Shown here piece after piece: positions 1-13,408 of a stretch of DNA of 64,000 nucleotides; the stretch's first letter is position 1; each line of letters starts with the position of its first letter. Under the pieces are notes generated by a model. The model did no database searches. It had not been told where the DNA came from and worked only from the letters and a program-made list of their open reading frames with translations. Position numbers and translations under genes: made by a program. Origin of the DNA: Massalongia carnosa. Lineage: Eukaryota. The stretch covers positions 620,001-684,000 of the forward strand of contig OZ287083.1 of assembly GCA_965645245.1 (NCBI GenBank), given 5' to 3'.

Positions 1-156
1 GATTGCGATTCAAGTATCGAAGCATCCCCGGATGAAGTAGACCACGAATCGATCGATTCTTCCGACTCCGCCGCGTCTTCTGAAATTGAGGCCCCTCCCA
101 GAAAACGACTTTCAAAGGTTAAACCTAGAAATGGCCTTCGTACACGTAGCGGCTAA
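1..156 (+). CDS. Possible 3' end of a gene running in from outside the window (acidic Ser-rich then basic tail)
   Basis: Frame 1 is open from base 1 to TAA at 154-156 (DCDSSIEASPDEVDHESIDSSDSAASSEIEAPPRKRLSKVKPRNGLRTRSG*). No family motif is visible. Confidence 0.35.
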   Translation, partial: DCDSSIEASPDEVDHESIDSSDSAASSEIEAPPRKRLSKVKPRNGLRTRSG

Positions 157-2203
157 ATCACAGGCACTCCATCAAGTATTCTTTTTTAAAATTCACTTAC
201 TTTCTTCCTAGCTCCGCTGTCTAGCGCCTACCTTTTCTTTTTCCTGTGAGTTTCACTGGCGACTTTCTTAAATGCAAAAAACATGGCTCAGCCGTCGTAC
301 AAGAAGAAGCATGGAAAGCCGAGCGAGCGTACGAGATACCCCCGAACGAAAAATCCTGTATAATATGCACGATGACACGAGTGCATTGGGTCGGTGTCCT
401 CGTGCCTTTTTCTTGTGGATTGTGCGTCATTGACGTGATATCCCAGGTGACTTTTTGTGGATTATTCTCAGGTTTATTTCGCATGTAGAGTGCCTTTGGC
501 AATCTCCCCTTCCTTCTCGTTCTATGAAGAGAAGGTGGGGGGGATAGGAGCTATTGGGCCTTATGAACAAGCCATGAAGGTAGGGTTACTGGGGGAACAG
601 CGGAGGACTTGGGGATATTAATGTATCTACGTCTGGAACCCTAGCGTTAGGAGCTGTTGACCCCTTGGGCTGTACAGATCTAGGATCAATTCAGCGTCTT
701 GGCCTTGGAGGTGAGCTTCTTTGGTGTGTGCTACTCTGATCATGTATAATGGAATGGGTACCTACGTCCCCAGCGCCATATCAAACAGAATTCGCCACAA
801 AATCTCTTGCTTCACTCCAAGCATTTTCTCAAGAACATATTCCTCCTTACATTGCGGCCTTGGTTTGCACCTGACTCACGTATGAATCGCTCCCGTTCAC
901 TCCCACTTGCCCCGTTCCCCCCTCCTATCACAACTCGTCAGAGAAGAGTAGCGATTTGAATCAATATCGGAGCTGCAAGGATAACACCTTTATTGTTTCG
1001 TCACCAGCAGGCTGTGTTGGGGGTCTATCCTCTTAAAACATATCTTGTAAAAGACTATCTCATTTAGTAGTTAAAGAAAGGGAAAAGGGATGACATGGAA
1101 TTTACCAAAAGCACCTAGGGATTATCCCATTCCAGCAGCTGTACATTTCTTGGCGTGTCTCTTGGCAGCCGCGACGCTTTTCTTCTAACAAAACGTTACC
1201 GTCAATTAGTCAAACATTATTGACCAGCTGCTGCTGCATGAATGAGCGATTACGGAGTATTAACACGATGCGGTTTTTTCCATGATCAGCTCATGGATCT
1301 ACAAGTCTTGGCTTTCAGGGCGAAGAAGCTATGAGAGCTAATTTTTTTTTCAGCTATTGGGCGGTGCTGGCAATTCCTGATTCGAGGCTATCGCTCATTA
1401 AATCAATGCTATCAGAAAGATAAAGGAAGTACGCTACAGGATGCGTTGATATTGCAAGTACGCGGCTACAGAGCGCTCGGGAAGTTGAGAAACGGATCCC
1501 AAAACAGAGGTCATACGATGAAGAAGCGCTAAGAGAATGCACCTTTAACTAGGAATGCATGTGTGTACAGAGTTCATTTAACTGGCGCTGCATAGATGCC
1601 TTCTACAAGTCAGTGGGGAAGGATCCCATTTCTGTACAAGCAGGAACTCTTCATCTGCACGACCCATCCCAGTTCCATCTCCGTGAGGTCACTTCCGAGC
1701 ATCTGCGGAAAACGCTGATAGCCCGCGATTTATATAGCGATTCTTCGTTCCTGAGCTTACCATTCTTGGCAAGCTTGGCTCCTTCCATTTCGTCTTGCAG
1801 CCTTCCACGTTGGGGTGGTATGAATGCTGCTCAGATGCAAAATTGATAAATCTCGCCTTTTCGTTCCTTTGCTATTGTCTTCACTTTGCAGATACCCCTC
1901 TTAGCCTGGTGCTCGAGGCCGTCATGCTCTCTCTACCTGCCTTGCTCAGTAAGGTCGTAACTTCGTTCAACCATCATCTCGATGGCTTGTCCGATTTCAA
2001 CAGGGCAGTAGTAGGTCTTGGGACTCTGCAAAGGACTCTTCGTTGGCTTGTGAAGTTTTATTGTATGCTCAGCGCGGTAGAAAATCTACATAAAGGTTGT
2101 TTCCTACCTTTCATCTTTCTACACTCGCTTCATATCCGTATTTCCCTTGCCTATCTTCGCGTTAAGCTTTCTCTAAACGAGGATACAACCTCGAGCCATC
2201 AAC

Positions 2204-3947
2204 ATGCGAGCATTTCTGGGCTGTGTTGCGTTGTGCGCATGGGCTGAGCTGATATTGGCAGTCCCTACATCATCGGAACCCCGAACTCCACTAGTGACAT
2301 CGGTCTGTCTGATTATCATAGCTCCTTTAAGATTATTTCTAATGTGCATGGGCTCAGGGCGATTTAAGAAGTCTCATCCAAACCTCAGATTTGCTGGCGA
2401 AATCTCAAATCCTGGAAGATTTCGCATATACCACACCCCAACGGAATCGAGTCTTTGGTGGTCCGGGCCATAATGCTACCGTCAACTATCTTTACGATAC
2501 CGTTGCAGCACTAAGCGACTTCTACGCCGTCGAGCTCCAGCCTTTCGTCCAGTTGTATACTGGAGGAAATGCATCCCTCAAGGTTAACGATGTAGATCAA
2601 GGCGCAGCGTTGTTCACTCATTCAACCTCAGGCACATTCTTCGAAGCTTTGGTTCCAGTGTTAAGTTTTGGCTGCAATGCTGTAACTAAGTGCCCTTTGA
2701 GATGAAACCGTAGTGACGCTAAGGTTTTGCTAGTCCGATTATCCGGCGGAGGTCATGGGAAAGATCGCTTTGGTTTCTCGCGGGTCTTGTCCATTCGGCT
2801 TGAAGTCAGCCTTAGCAGGCGTCGCCGGCGCTGACGCAGCGGTCATATATGATAACGTCAATGAAACCTCGTTTGCCGGCACTCTTGGGGCGCTTCCTCG
2901 CCCTGAGGGACCATGTATTCCTACTGCTGGCATTTCTCTAGCGAATGGTGCGGCACTTCTTGCCGCGATCAATACAGGCGAATTAGTTATAGCGGATCTG
3001 ATTATGAATTCGTTCGCTGAGAATCGAACAACGTAAGCTCGACCCGAAGTAAACGAAGGTGGATTTAACTAAAAGATCATAGCTACAATGTGGTTGCTCA
3101 AACCAAAGACGGCGATCCAAACAACGTTCTCGTGCTCACCGCACATACCGATTCCGTCGATGCAGGTAAAAACCAATGGTCCCCTTTTTACCCCCAAAAC
3201 CTCGAAACTCCAAACTAAAACCATCCAGGCCCAGGCATCAATGACAACGGGTCCGGCTCCATCGGTCTCCTCCAAATCGCGCTCGAACTCGCCAAATTTC
3301 GCGTTAATAACGCGATCCGCTTCGTCTGGGTCGCCGCGGAGGAATTCGGCTTGCTGGGCTCCACCTTCTACGTCACCTCCCTCGCTGCCGCCGAGCTCAA
3401 CAAAATTCGGCTGAACCTCAACTTTGACATGATCGCATCGCCCAACTACGTCTACAGCGTCTACGACGGCGACGGCTCCGCCTTCAACGTCACGGGCCCC
3501 GCGGGGTCCGCCGAAGCGGAGCACCTCTTCGAAGACTACTTCCGCGACGAAGCCAAGCTCCCGCTCGTACCAACCCAGTTTGATGGCCGCTCCGACTACG
3601 GCCCTTTCCTCGACGCGGGCATCCCTACCGGGGGCCTATTCACGGGCGCAGAGCAGATCAAAACGCCGGAGGAGCAGAAGCTCTTCGGCGGCGAGGCGAG
3701 CACGGCGTACGACATGAACTATCACGCCAAGGGCGACAACGTGTCGAATCTGAACCTGGTGGCGTTTCAGGCGTGCACGGAGGCGATCGCGCACGCGGTC
3801 GCGACGTACGGGATTAGTTTCGAGAGTTTGCCGCCGAAGAACTTTACTACTGCTGCGCCGGCAAAGCCGCCAAGAATGGTGAAGAGCGTGGGGATGGACG
3901 GGAGAGTGGTGCAGAAGAGCTCGGATCGGTTTTTTGTAGGGATGTGA
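2204..3947 (+). CDS. Secreted aminopeptidase Y-like M28 metallopeptidase with PA domain (5 exons)
   Basis: Signal peptide MRAFLGCVALCAWAELILA; RNRVFGGPGHNATVNY; PA domain GKIALVSRGSCPFG; M28 motifs AHTDSV, GPGINDNGSG, AEEFGLLGS, LNFDMIASPN, RSDYGPF, NYH. Four GT-AG introns restore the frame. Confidence 0.93.
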
Positions 3948-5575
3948 GGAGAGGGGGTGGGACGAGACTGTGGTTTGGATGATGGGAAGAGGGAAGTATC
4001 GCGTTTGGGGGAGTGCCGGAGAGAGAAAGTATGAGAAATGGGGGGGTGTACTTATCTAACTCCTTTGTTCTTTCACAACGTAGGAAGGGGGGAAAGGTTT
4101 ATGAAATTTAGATTTTTGGGGTTGGCCAGGGTTTGTAGCCAGCGAAGAACCATCGACCGATTCCCCAAAGCATGGTTTCATGCCGGGTTTCCACCAAGCG
4201 GTGTTTATCTACGTACCTGTCTCTCTACCGAATATCGACACACTGAACTCAACACCTCCCCCACCCCCTACACGCAAATTCCTCTCCTTTTGCGTGTACT
4301 CGTAAAAGATGCAGTTTGTCATCAGAGCACTAAATAAAAGCTTTAGTTCGTTTACCAAGAGCATACCAGTCCTAACTGGACACCATGTTATTTACCTATC
4401 CTGCATCATGCGAATCCAGAGTGACCCCATTATAGTCTCGTCTTCGGATTTGTTTCACTAATTTGCTCATTCATATGTATTGGAGGCAGGGAAGCGGAAG
4501 AGTGTGGAGTTTGATAATGAAACCATAGGGTAATTGGAGGGGATTTTGGTTCATTGGCCTTTGAGCTTTCGATTGCTAGAGTATAGGGTGGGCGAGGATG
4601 AGTCGAGGGCGGTTACTTGGTTTGTCGTCTTATTTATGCGTATTAATAGCCACGTCTTTCTTTGCCTCGCGTCGTCTTACGGTTTCCTCCTTGTTCCGAC
4701 GACTAAGCAGCTGAAAGCTTGCAGGCTTTTGTTGCCTTTCTTGAGCCCAGCGCCCTGGATGGAGATTTTCCTTGCTGGTTTGCCTGGCATTATCGTCTGC
4801 TTAGGATATGATATCAGTGATAGATGATAGAATGCGAAATTTATTGCTAAGTCCTAGCATCATCGCCCAAACCGACTGAATAGATGCACCCTACCGAGTT
4901 ATTTATCCAGACCCATTTCTTCGCACTTCTTCAATTCCTAATGGGGGCGTCAAGTTTCCGCAGCTAGAGAACCGCATTGTCGATGCATTGGCGGTTCTCG
5001 GCGCGGGAGTCCTCCAACTGGGCTTTGACACTCTCGTTTTACGCTATTGTGGTGGGATTTGAGTAGTTGCTTGGTGCTCCAGCCGTGTTGTTGGAGGAGG
5101 ACTTAGAGCTCGGTGAATTTGGCGTTGATGGTCGTTTCCAATTTTATTTGCTTAGATCTTATGCTGAACCGGAAGTAGGGGATGTGGTATGGAGTTAGGG
5201 TCTGCTGGCAGGTGGGTTCGGAGGAGAGTGAATAGGATTTACTGTCTGTCATATTTCTATATTTAGAAGTAGGGAGTTGGATTGGCGGTGCTCTGTACAG
5301 AGTACCTCGTATGTACAGCGTAGAGGTTGGGATGAGGGTAGGTGCACTGCAGATGGCGGGGACAGTGACTCTGTCCTCGCAGCATGTTGCTCCTCAATGA
5401 TAGATAATCGAGTGGGGGCGAGTAGGTGCGAGCGTGCAGAATACAGAGCGCCTTGTGCTCTACTCTGTACTCACTGGTTGCCTTGAATATTTGACTTTGG
5501 ATAAGTATCTGTTTGACTTTGCCAGGTATGTAAGGTCGGGCAGAATAAGGACCGGCAGTTGAACAATCCAGATAC

Positions 5576-5612
5576 ATCACGTGAAATCGACCAATCTGGA
5601 ATATCACGTGAA
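5576..5612. promoter_or_regulatory. Paired E-boxes (ATCACGTGAA x2) flanking a CCAAT box
   Basis: Identical 10-mers at 5576-5585 and 5603-5612, with CCAAT at 5591-5595. TCACGTGA is a bHLH (Cbf1/SREBP-type) site. Confidence 0.45.
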
Positions 5613-7053
5613 GAGAAAGGTCTCGAAGCTGGAAAGCCTCCTTTTCCTATTTCGTCCTACCGAGTCTCATGCTCATCCCATGATCCGATCAGGCGCAAAG
5701 GTGATCATTCGATGATTCCAAAGTCAATCGGCAACATGGATTGTCTTGTTTGATTCAACGACATGTGTGCAGTTGGACGATATCTTCTCACGATGAACGA
5801 TTTACAGAGTACTTTGTACAGCATGCTAAGAAAAAACCAGAAAATGGATGCAAGCAAAGGCTACCCCGTGAATGCACAACGGGTGTCAAGCGATAGCTTG
5901 GACCACTCAAGAGGTCCGTCCCTGAGCATAATGCTCGATTTACCTAGTACTGCTAAAATAAACCAAATCAGCTCCCCCATTATCCATCTGATAGGTGCGA
6001 TAGTTCTCATGACCCGAACGAAAAACGCCCCATCATCCACCAAACTTCAACCGAGCCTATCCGGTTGACCTGCTCCTTCATTCAATTAGGGTCGTCGCTA
6101 GTTGGTCAAGCCTTCTCGCTCGAGTCAATCACCTCTTTTTCAAGAACGTGACCTCCCAATATAGAAACCCCGAAACCCCAGAAATCTAGAGATACGATAG
6201 ATCTAGAAATCCATAAAATCAAAATGTGCAACCATACCAAGAGGAGAGAAGACGGATAGTGCATGATACTGCTCAAATTGGACATGAGGTTGCTATCTTT
6301 CCACTTTTATTTATCTCATTCTTGCATAGTATGATCCGCAATGTATGATCCATCCTAAAAAGAGCAAACTGACCCTCCAGCCGAGTTCTTTTTTTTCTGT
6401 TCGGTGGATGCTTGGACAGGATTGCCCCCTTCCTATACCGAAGTTATGCGCTGTATGGCTTGTGCGCATGGAATACGGGATCAAGTTTCCCAGCAGTTTG
6501 TTTATTCACTACAGTCCTAGTCGTGATAAAGCGGACAGGACCGAATCTTTTGCAATATTTTTACTTTTTCCACCTAGCATTCGATTTCACGGTCGTTCAT
6601 GCACTCCGCGTATTACATTTGTTCCTTAACATGGGGCTGAGGCATGGGATAGTGAAAAGGCGATGCGGTCTGTACTGCAACGAGCCATGCAATGCCTCGA
6701 TGATCGTAGTCCTTCAACTTATATGGATCACATATCTTCAGAGTGCCACTTATCGGTTTTCTAGCTTTAAAGCTTCCCTTCCCCCTTTCATGGCGCCATG
6801 GCTTCTATTATTGCTTTGGCAGGCTGGTTTGGGCATGATTTTCTTAATATAGGATCTGGAGAGACATCTCATCGCCATCGCTGCGCGCCATGTCTTGCTT
6901 GTTAATGACCAAGCACCTACAAGTTGGAGAGAATGTAGATGAACGATTTTCCCTGGGTCATACTCCCAGTAACAAAGGAACTTTTTGCTCATAAAGAAAA
7001 GTTTGTCCATGAGGTCTTCAAACGCTTTCTAGCTCTCCCGTGGATTGGTAACT

Positions 7054-10000
7054 ATGCTACGGATTTCTCTCACTATGCTGGCCCGCCTTGTTGTCTTCCT
7101 AAGCTTCATCCCATGGCTAGTTAATGCTTTGGCCTCCACGGACAGCGTTTCCGATGCTGATCCAGCGCAATCCGGCTATCTCCTAAACCATAACATGCAG
7201 CCCGCAATTGTCGGATCCCCAAGCTTTGGCATTCTCTGGACTAACAACTACCTTGTTAAAGAAAGATGGTACGCCAAACCTCTTGTGTACACCCCGCCGG
7301 GCCTGAAACAGCTGGTCTTCATTGCCTCAAGCCAAAACTGGATTCGGACGGTGGATGCCGTAACTGGCACACTGATCAAATCGCGTCAAGTACAGCCGCC
7401 GTTCTTGCAAAGTGATATTGGCTGCACCGACATTCCGGATTTCATCGGTATTATTGGAACGCCCGTGATCGATCCAAATACCAACACTGCGTATTTTTTT
7501 GCCAAAGGATATCAAAACCAAGCATCAAGTGGAGGGCTTGCGAAAGGTATCTATCAGTAGGTTCCTCGTGCAAGCCGAGTTTTAAAACTACGATTGAGTA
7601 CTGAAATAACTACATATTTTATGCCGTTGATGTTATTGACCTTACCGATCGCCCGGGCTTCCCAGTGTTGATTGATGGTCACTATGCGGACAATGATCCA
7701 ACCAGGTACTTTATTGGTGGAACCGTTCTTCAGAGGCCGGTAAGAATGGTGTTTGCTAGTTCCTGGAAGGGTTTTGCTAATAATTCAGTCCCTGGTGTTG
7801 GTCGATGGCATTGTTTACGGAACCTTTGGCGGCCACTGCGATAAGGTATGAGGTCTATGGTGCGAGGATTTTTAAAAGCTGACGCGTTAAAAGTTCAATT
7901 ATACCGGCATGATCGCTGCCGTGAGCACAACGCCTGGAGTGGGGGTTACCAGCTTGTTTGCTATGGAGTCTGCTCCTTATGCTCCTCCCGTTGTTGATGA
8001 CATCAACCAGCAAAAAGGTGGGGGAGCTGGTATTTGGATGAGTGGCATGCCTCCTTCCACGGATGGTTCTCGCATTTTTGTTGCCTCTGGTAATGGAGTT
8101 GGCCACGAAAATAAGGATACTCCAGCCTCTGGCCGGGCGCCACTTTCCACGCTTGACGAGGTTATCGCCAATTTTAATGTTAGTGGTGGGAAAATCGCCC
8201 TGCGCGATTACTTTGAGCCATATGAGTATATCGGAATGGATGCCGGTGATCGAGATTTGGGTTCAGGTGGTGTTACGTTGCTTGATCCAAATAGTTTCAA
8301 AGGCACCAATGGTGTCAACCGCATAGCTATCACCATTGGCAAGAATGGGAAAGTAGGTGATGCCCCTATGTCTTTACGGGAGGTCGTTAATGATCTTGAA
8401 AGGCCTACATCGTCAATGCAGATAATCTTGGAGGCTTCAAGCTTGGCTCGGGCGGGACTGATAATATCATCCAAACGATCATATCCTCTGGGGCCGTCTT
8501 TGGTGGAGCAGGATCATATCCCCTGGAAGGTGGATACATCTATTTCACACCAATCGGGTTGCCCACACAAGGTAAAATACATTGACAGCTTTTGACGGCG
8601 TATTCGTTGACTAAGAACAACGCTAGTCTACTCATTTGGCCTCGACCAACAAGGTGGTCCTTTGTTTAGCAAGGTTGGTCAAAGCCCAGATAACTCGGCA
8701 GGAAGAGTTGGAGTTGGAGTTCCTACCATTACAACTTATAAAGGTAAGGCTGCTGATAGGTCTAGGTTGTTGACTCAACCATATTGACTGAGGGCAGGCC
8801 AATCTGGAACCGGGATTGTCTGGATTACGGACGTAGACGCAGGCCTGAAGGCATACAAAGCAGTTCCAGGTCCTGACGGCAACCTCATCAAAATCAATAT
8901 TCCGCCGACGGGTGGACTGAACAAATTTCAGCGGCCAGCCTTTGGGGATGCAAGATTATACGTGACTGGTGAGTAATATGCATCCTTTAAATGGAAATAC
9001 TACGCTGACGAAACACAGACAATAAAGCCAACTTGATTTGCCTAGGATCTCCAGTCTCACTTCCCTTAAACTGTACTTTCCCTGTCGACTTTGGCGATCT
9101 TAGCCTTGGTTCTACTACCACCATCATAGTGAACTGTACCGCCTTGATAGCAATTACCAAACTCAACGGACTTGTCATCGCTGATCCTACCTTCCAAGCG
9201 TCGAATTCTTCTCTTCCGCAAGGAGCGCTTTCTGCAGGGGCTCAGTTCTCCTTTCCCGTTACCTGGAACTTGACGCAAACAAGTGTGGCCGATGCGCAAG
9301 GTGGTTCATTTGGTTCCGTTGCACCTGGAGTGAAGAGTAGTTCCCTTACAATATTCACAACCAACGGAGTTGCAAAATACTCAAACTCGCTACCCATCAG
9401 CCTTCAGGGTAATGAGGTGAGCAACGTGCCGTTTTTAGCAATATCACCAACCGAAGTTGACTTTGGAGGATTTGTCATTGGCAGCCCGGGCGCAGCCACG
9501 GGTCTTGACTCATCTTTCATTATCTCCAACGTCGGATTGTCGCCCCTAACAATTACTGGATATGGTTATACCACTGACACCGAACCCCCAGTCCAGTATA
9601 CCAACGTTACGTTTGGCGCAGAGAGTAAGATTGGTGAAAATTTCACCTCAGTTGATCTTCCCGCTGTAGGGAGTGAAGTCCCAGCTGGCAAATCTCTTAC
9701 AATTCCGATCCGATTCAAGGCCAATGAAACCGGAAGCTACCAGAACATCCTTCAAGTTTGGAGCGACGGCGGCAATAAGAACGTTCTATTCACCGCAAGC
9801 GCCAGTAAAGCTCCAATCGCCGAGCTCAGCGTGGAAACGAGCGAGCATGGTTGGGACGTCGATGGTGTTATGGATTTTGGTGATGTTTTGGCAGGGACCA
9901 TTATGACCCGACGAATTCGTATTTGTAACAAAGGTGGTTCTGCCCTGTTGATCACCAAGAGCAAACCCCCTATCCAGACGGAGCTGCAGGCCGAAAATCC

Positions 10001-11084
10001 GGTTTCCGATCTCCATGAAGGTCAAACAATCTCCGTTAATGACTGTGCCTATGGCCCTATTGACATTGCGGCAAGCCCGGAACCCCCCAACGTTCCTGAC
10101 CATACCGTCTCTGATTCATGGGTGTTGAACACGGATGACCTCACCTTTGGCGTGCACGATGTGAAAATCCAGGCAAACATCATAAGCCGCAAGGTGGGCC
10201 CCACGAAAGCCGATGGGTCGCCGATCTATCGATACCTTGGCTGCTACTTTGACGCCTCAGGACGACAGCTGCAAACGCAGTTTGAGCTTGGCACCGCCAA
10301 CGAGAACGATGCCTGTCAGAAGAAATGCTACGGACTGAACTACAAATTTGCCGGGACTGAATATCACACTCAATGCTGGTGCGGCAACAACTCGCCGTCA
10401 GACCTGAAGTTCTTCCCCGAAAGCGCCAAGAGATGCACGTTCGGGTGCTCCAAAGACGCCTCTCAAGCTTGCGGCGGTAATGGTGGCTATATCAGCGTGT
10501 ATTATGACGATTCCAACTTCACACCTAACTGTACCATCGTCCCTTGCAGCAGCGTTTCTCCGCTCTCCTCGCCTTCCTCAACCCGCACCTCAAGCGTCGA
10601 CCCGACAATTCCCCCCACCACATCCAACACACTCACCACAGTCGTGGATCCCCGCCCCCCCACCACCACAACCCCTACTACCCCCCCCCGGGCCTCCAGC
10701 CCCACCACCGCAACTTCCGTAATCGCTGGTTTCCGCCCTCAAGGATGCATCGCCGAACCGCTCAACCACCACGCCATGCTCCAGCTTGCGGCCAACGACT
10801 CCATGTCGGTAGAATTCTGCATCGCCCGTGCGCGCGACCGCCTCGCCGCCAAGCCCGCTACCACCTACCGCTATCTCGGCGTCGAGTACGGTCGCGAATG
10901 CTTCGGCGCCACGGCCCCCGTGCCGAGCCAGACATCGCTCGTGGGTAACATGGCGTGCTCGTTGGCGTGCTCGGGTGCCCCGACCGAAAAGTGTGGGGGG
11001 AGGGCGATGTATAACTTTTATGTAAGCACGGATGTGGCGGCGGCGAGTACCAGTTTACCGGTTTCTACCACGGGAACGGTGTAG
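7054..11084 (+). CDS. Large secreted WSC-domain protein: N-terminal beta-propeller-like region, Ig-like repeats, two WSC domains and a Ser/Thr/Pro linker (7 exons; intron 1 acceptor non-canonical)
   Basis: Signal peptide; SGYLLNHN, YAKPLVYTP, IGIIGTPVID, DRDLGSGG, NKFQRPAFGD; repeated xDFGx Ig-like starts; WSC motifs YLGCY...C...C...YKFAGTEYHTQCWCG and YLGVEYGRECF...C...CGG. Start could be 7054 or 7075. Confidence 0.85.
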
Positions 11085-12800
11085 GAGGCGATTTGTGGGG
11101 AGGAGGGGGGTTTTCGGGAATTGTAGAGAGGGGTGAGTAGGGAAGGAGGGAATTTTTTTTATCGGACTCCCCCCCCTTCAGATAGGCAAACGGCCGGGTA
11201 ACGAAGTATAAAGATCATTCGTTCATAGGATTTATGGATACAAACAAACAGACAGACAGAGAAAATGCTTTTTGCTCTACAATGAACGAAGCAACGCATA
11301 ATCGACCGAATGATAGATCAATAGACAGGTAGGTAGGTATTTAGAAATTAGGAGTTTAGGCGGGAGGGAGAAGGAACTAACTACTTATTCGCTGTCCAAC
11401 TATGGAGTAGAGAGATGGATTTATGTGATCCGCGTTCTAATCATTTCTCTTCCCCTCTCCTGTTTTGAGATGTCAACGGTTATGGATGAACCTCGCTCTC
11501 GCTCATCGCGACAGGCTCGAGGGTTGAAATGTGTCGATAATGGATCTATGTATGTTGTTAAGAGAACGGTTGAGATTGCGATGGTGATGTGGAGTGAGTG
11601 GGTGAGTGGATGAATGGATAAGGCGAGTGGTTAGTCGCTGTGTTTTTGGAGGGGGGGGAAGGGAGGGGAGGGAGACACATTCTTTTCGACTTTTTCAATT
11701 GGGGTTTCCTCTTCTACTGAGTTTTTTTTTCTTTTTCTTTTCTTTTCCGTTCCTTTCTTTATCTAGAGGGAGCCCTTTTTTTTTCATCTAAGGGTTTGTT
11801 CCACTTCTGGTTTATTTCTTTCCCCGTTGCTCGCCTTCCAGGTTTAAGCTTCGGCGGACAACCTTCAGTCCACTTCTTCTTCGCGCTTGTTCGCTCGCTC
11901 GCTCGCTGGCTCATTTCGCTTGATCGGTCAATCGATCGATTCTAAGATCCAATCCGATTGATTGGCGCTTTACAAGTCGGCTGACTCACCCCGTCGATCA
12001 TGCGGCCATCCATCATGTAGTTAATTGAGCAGCACACCCAAAACCTTTGAATAGGTGTCTTTCTGCCCTGTTGAGGTAGAGTGGTGGAAGAAGAGGCGGA
12101 GGGGCTAGCCATAAAGAATAATTAAATCGACGAAACAGGATGATGGTTAGTCCAGAATGAAACGGGAAGAATAGGATTGGAAATATTCCAAATCGGGGGA
12201 TGGGGAGGTTAGAGAGCTAGTTTTTCTTTCTTATCCAACGGGGGGGGGGGGGGGGGGGTTGGAACGGCTTTCATGGGCATATACGGAAGAGGGAAGAGAA
12301 AAGAGAAAAAGGGAAGCGTAAGAAATAAAATGAATGAATGAATGAATGAATGAAACGAAACGAATACAGCAGTGGAAAGGCAAACGGAAATTTCGGAGAA
12401 AAAAATAACTGGTTGCGAAGGAATACGAAATAGAGGACGAGACAAGAATGAAATGAATCTGAGGTTAGAATGGAGGGCGGAGGGGGGTTTTGAAAAGGAT
12501 CTTGGGAGGAATATTATGTATGGCGGAGTAAGGGAGAATTTGGTAAAAGATTTTGGGGGGGGGGATTGAATCCATGTGATTTCTACGAAGAAGGAACGAA
12601 GAGGAGGTCAAAGACGCAGCAGATTTAATCTGGGACGAGAAAAGCCTGCCCTTCAGAGAGCTTACCATCTTGCATACTTCGCTTCACGCAAGATGAAGTG
12701 AGCATCTACAAGGACCGATGTCCGCGTAGAGTCAACAGAATAGATCTCATATTCCGAACCTGGAAAAATCCCTGGCGGCATCAAAGATGAGAATAGAGGT

Positions 12801-13408
12801 TCATTCGCTAGCTATCTCGTTATGCTTCAAAAAATCGGCGAGCCCCACGTCCTCTCTAACATCATTCGCCTCATCTCGCCCTTCCCTGGAGTCGACCCAA
12901 AGTCCGCATCCTGGCCACGGGGGGATCGTGTTCGTTTTCATACCCTGCGTGCCGCGCCCGAGGATTTTATCGCGGCCCGTTGGCTAGGTTCGCGGGGAGT
13001 TGGGTTCCGGCGGCAGCAGCAGCGGTGGGCCAACCGTCGGGCTGCTGTGCTTGTTGTCGATGGGGGGAGATTCTTCGCTACTGTCAAGATCGAAAATGGT
13101 GCCCTTAATCACTTTCCCTTATCATGTCAGGGTGCGCTGGTATTGCTATATTGGCTGCGAAGCGACTAGTGCCTGAGGATAATACTCCGGGACCAGCTGG
13201 CTTTGCCGGTATCTAGCTCTAAGGCGCTGCGACGGCTTTTTCTGCGCTCTGATATGTAGGCGGTGCAATAGAGGGACTGACTTCGGGATTTTGCTTGGTG
13301 GTCTTCAACTTTGCATCCAGGCCTTTGGTTGCAGGGTTGAAGCTCGAGGTTTTTGGTCCGTGTATTACAGAATTGGTTCTTGCAGACGAGATAGAGCTGT
13401 TTACACAT
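12801..13408 (-). pseudogene. Possible decayed small gene with Cys-rich N-terminus (MCKQLYLVCKNQFC...PCNQRPGC)
   Basis: ATG at 13408; the Cys-spaced N-terminus resembles small fungal proteins. Coding-like sequence continues past several in-frame stops toward 12801. Confidence 0.25.

Noticed and set aside
221..2247. Short ORFs in the first 2.2 kb
   Set aside because: No recognisable motifs, many have non-ATG starts, and no consistent exon structure.
4967..4999. 9-bp inverted repeat GAGAACCGC/GCGGTTCTC, and the 14-bp palindrome at 21854-21867
   Set aside because: Isolated and short, with no supporting context, so possibly chance.
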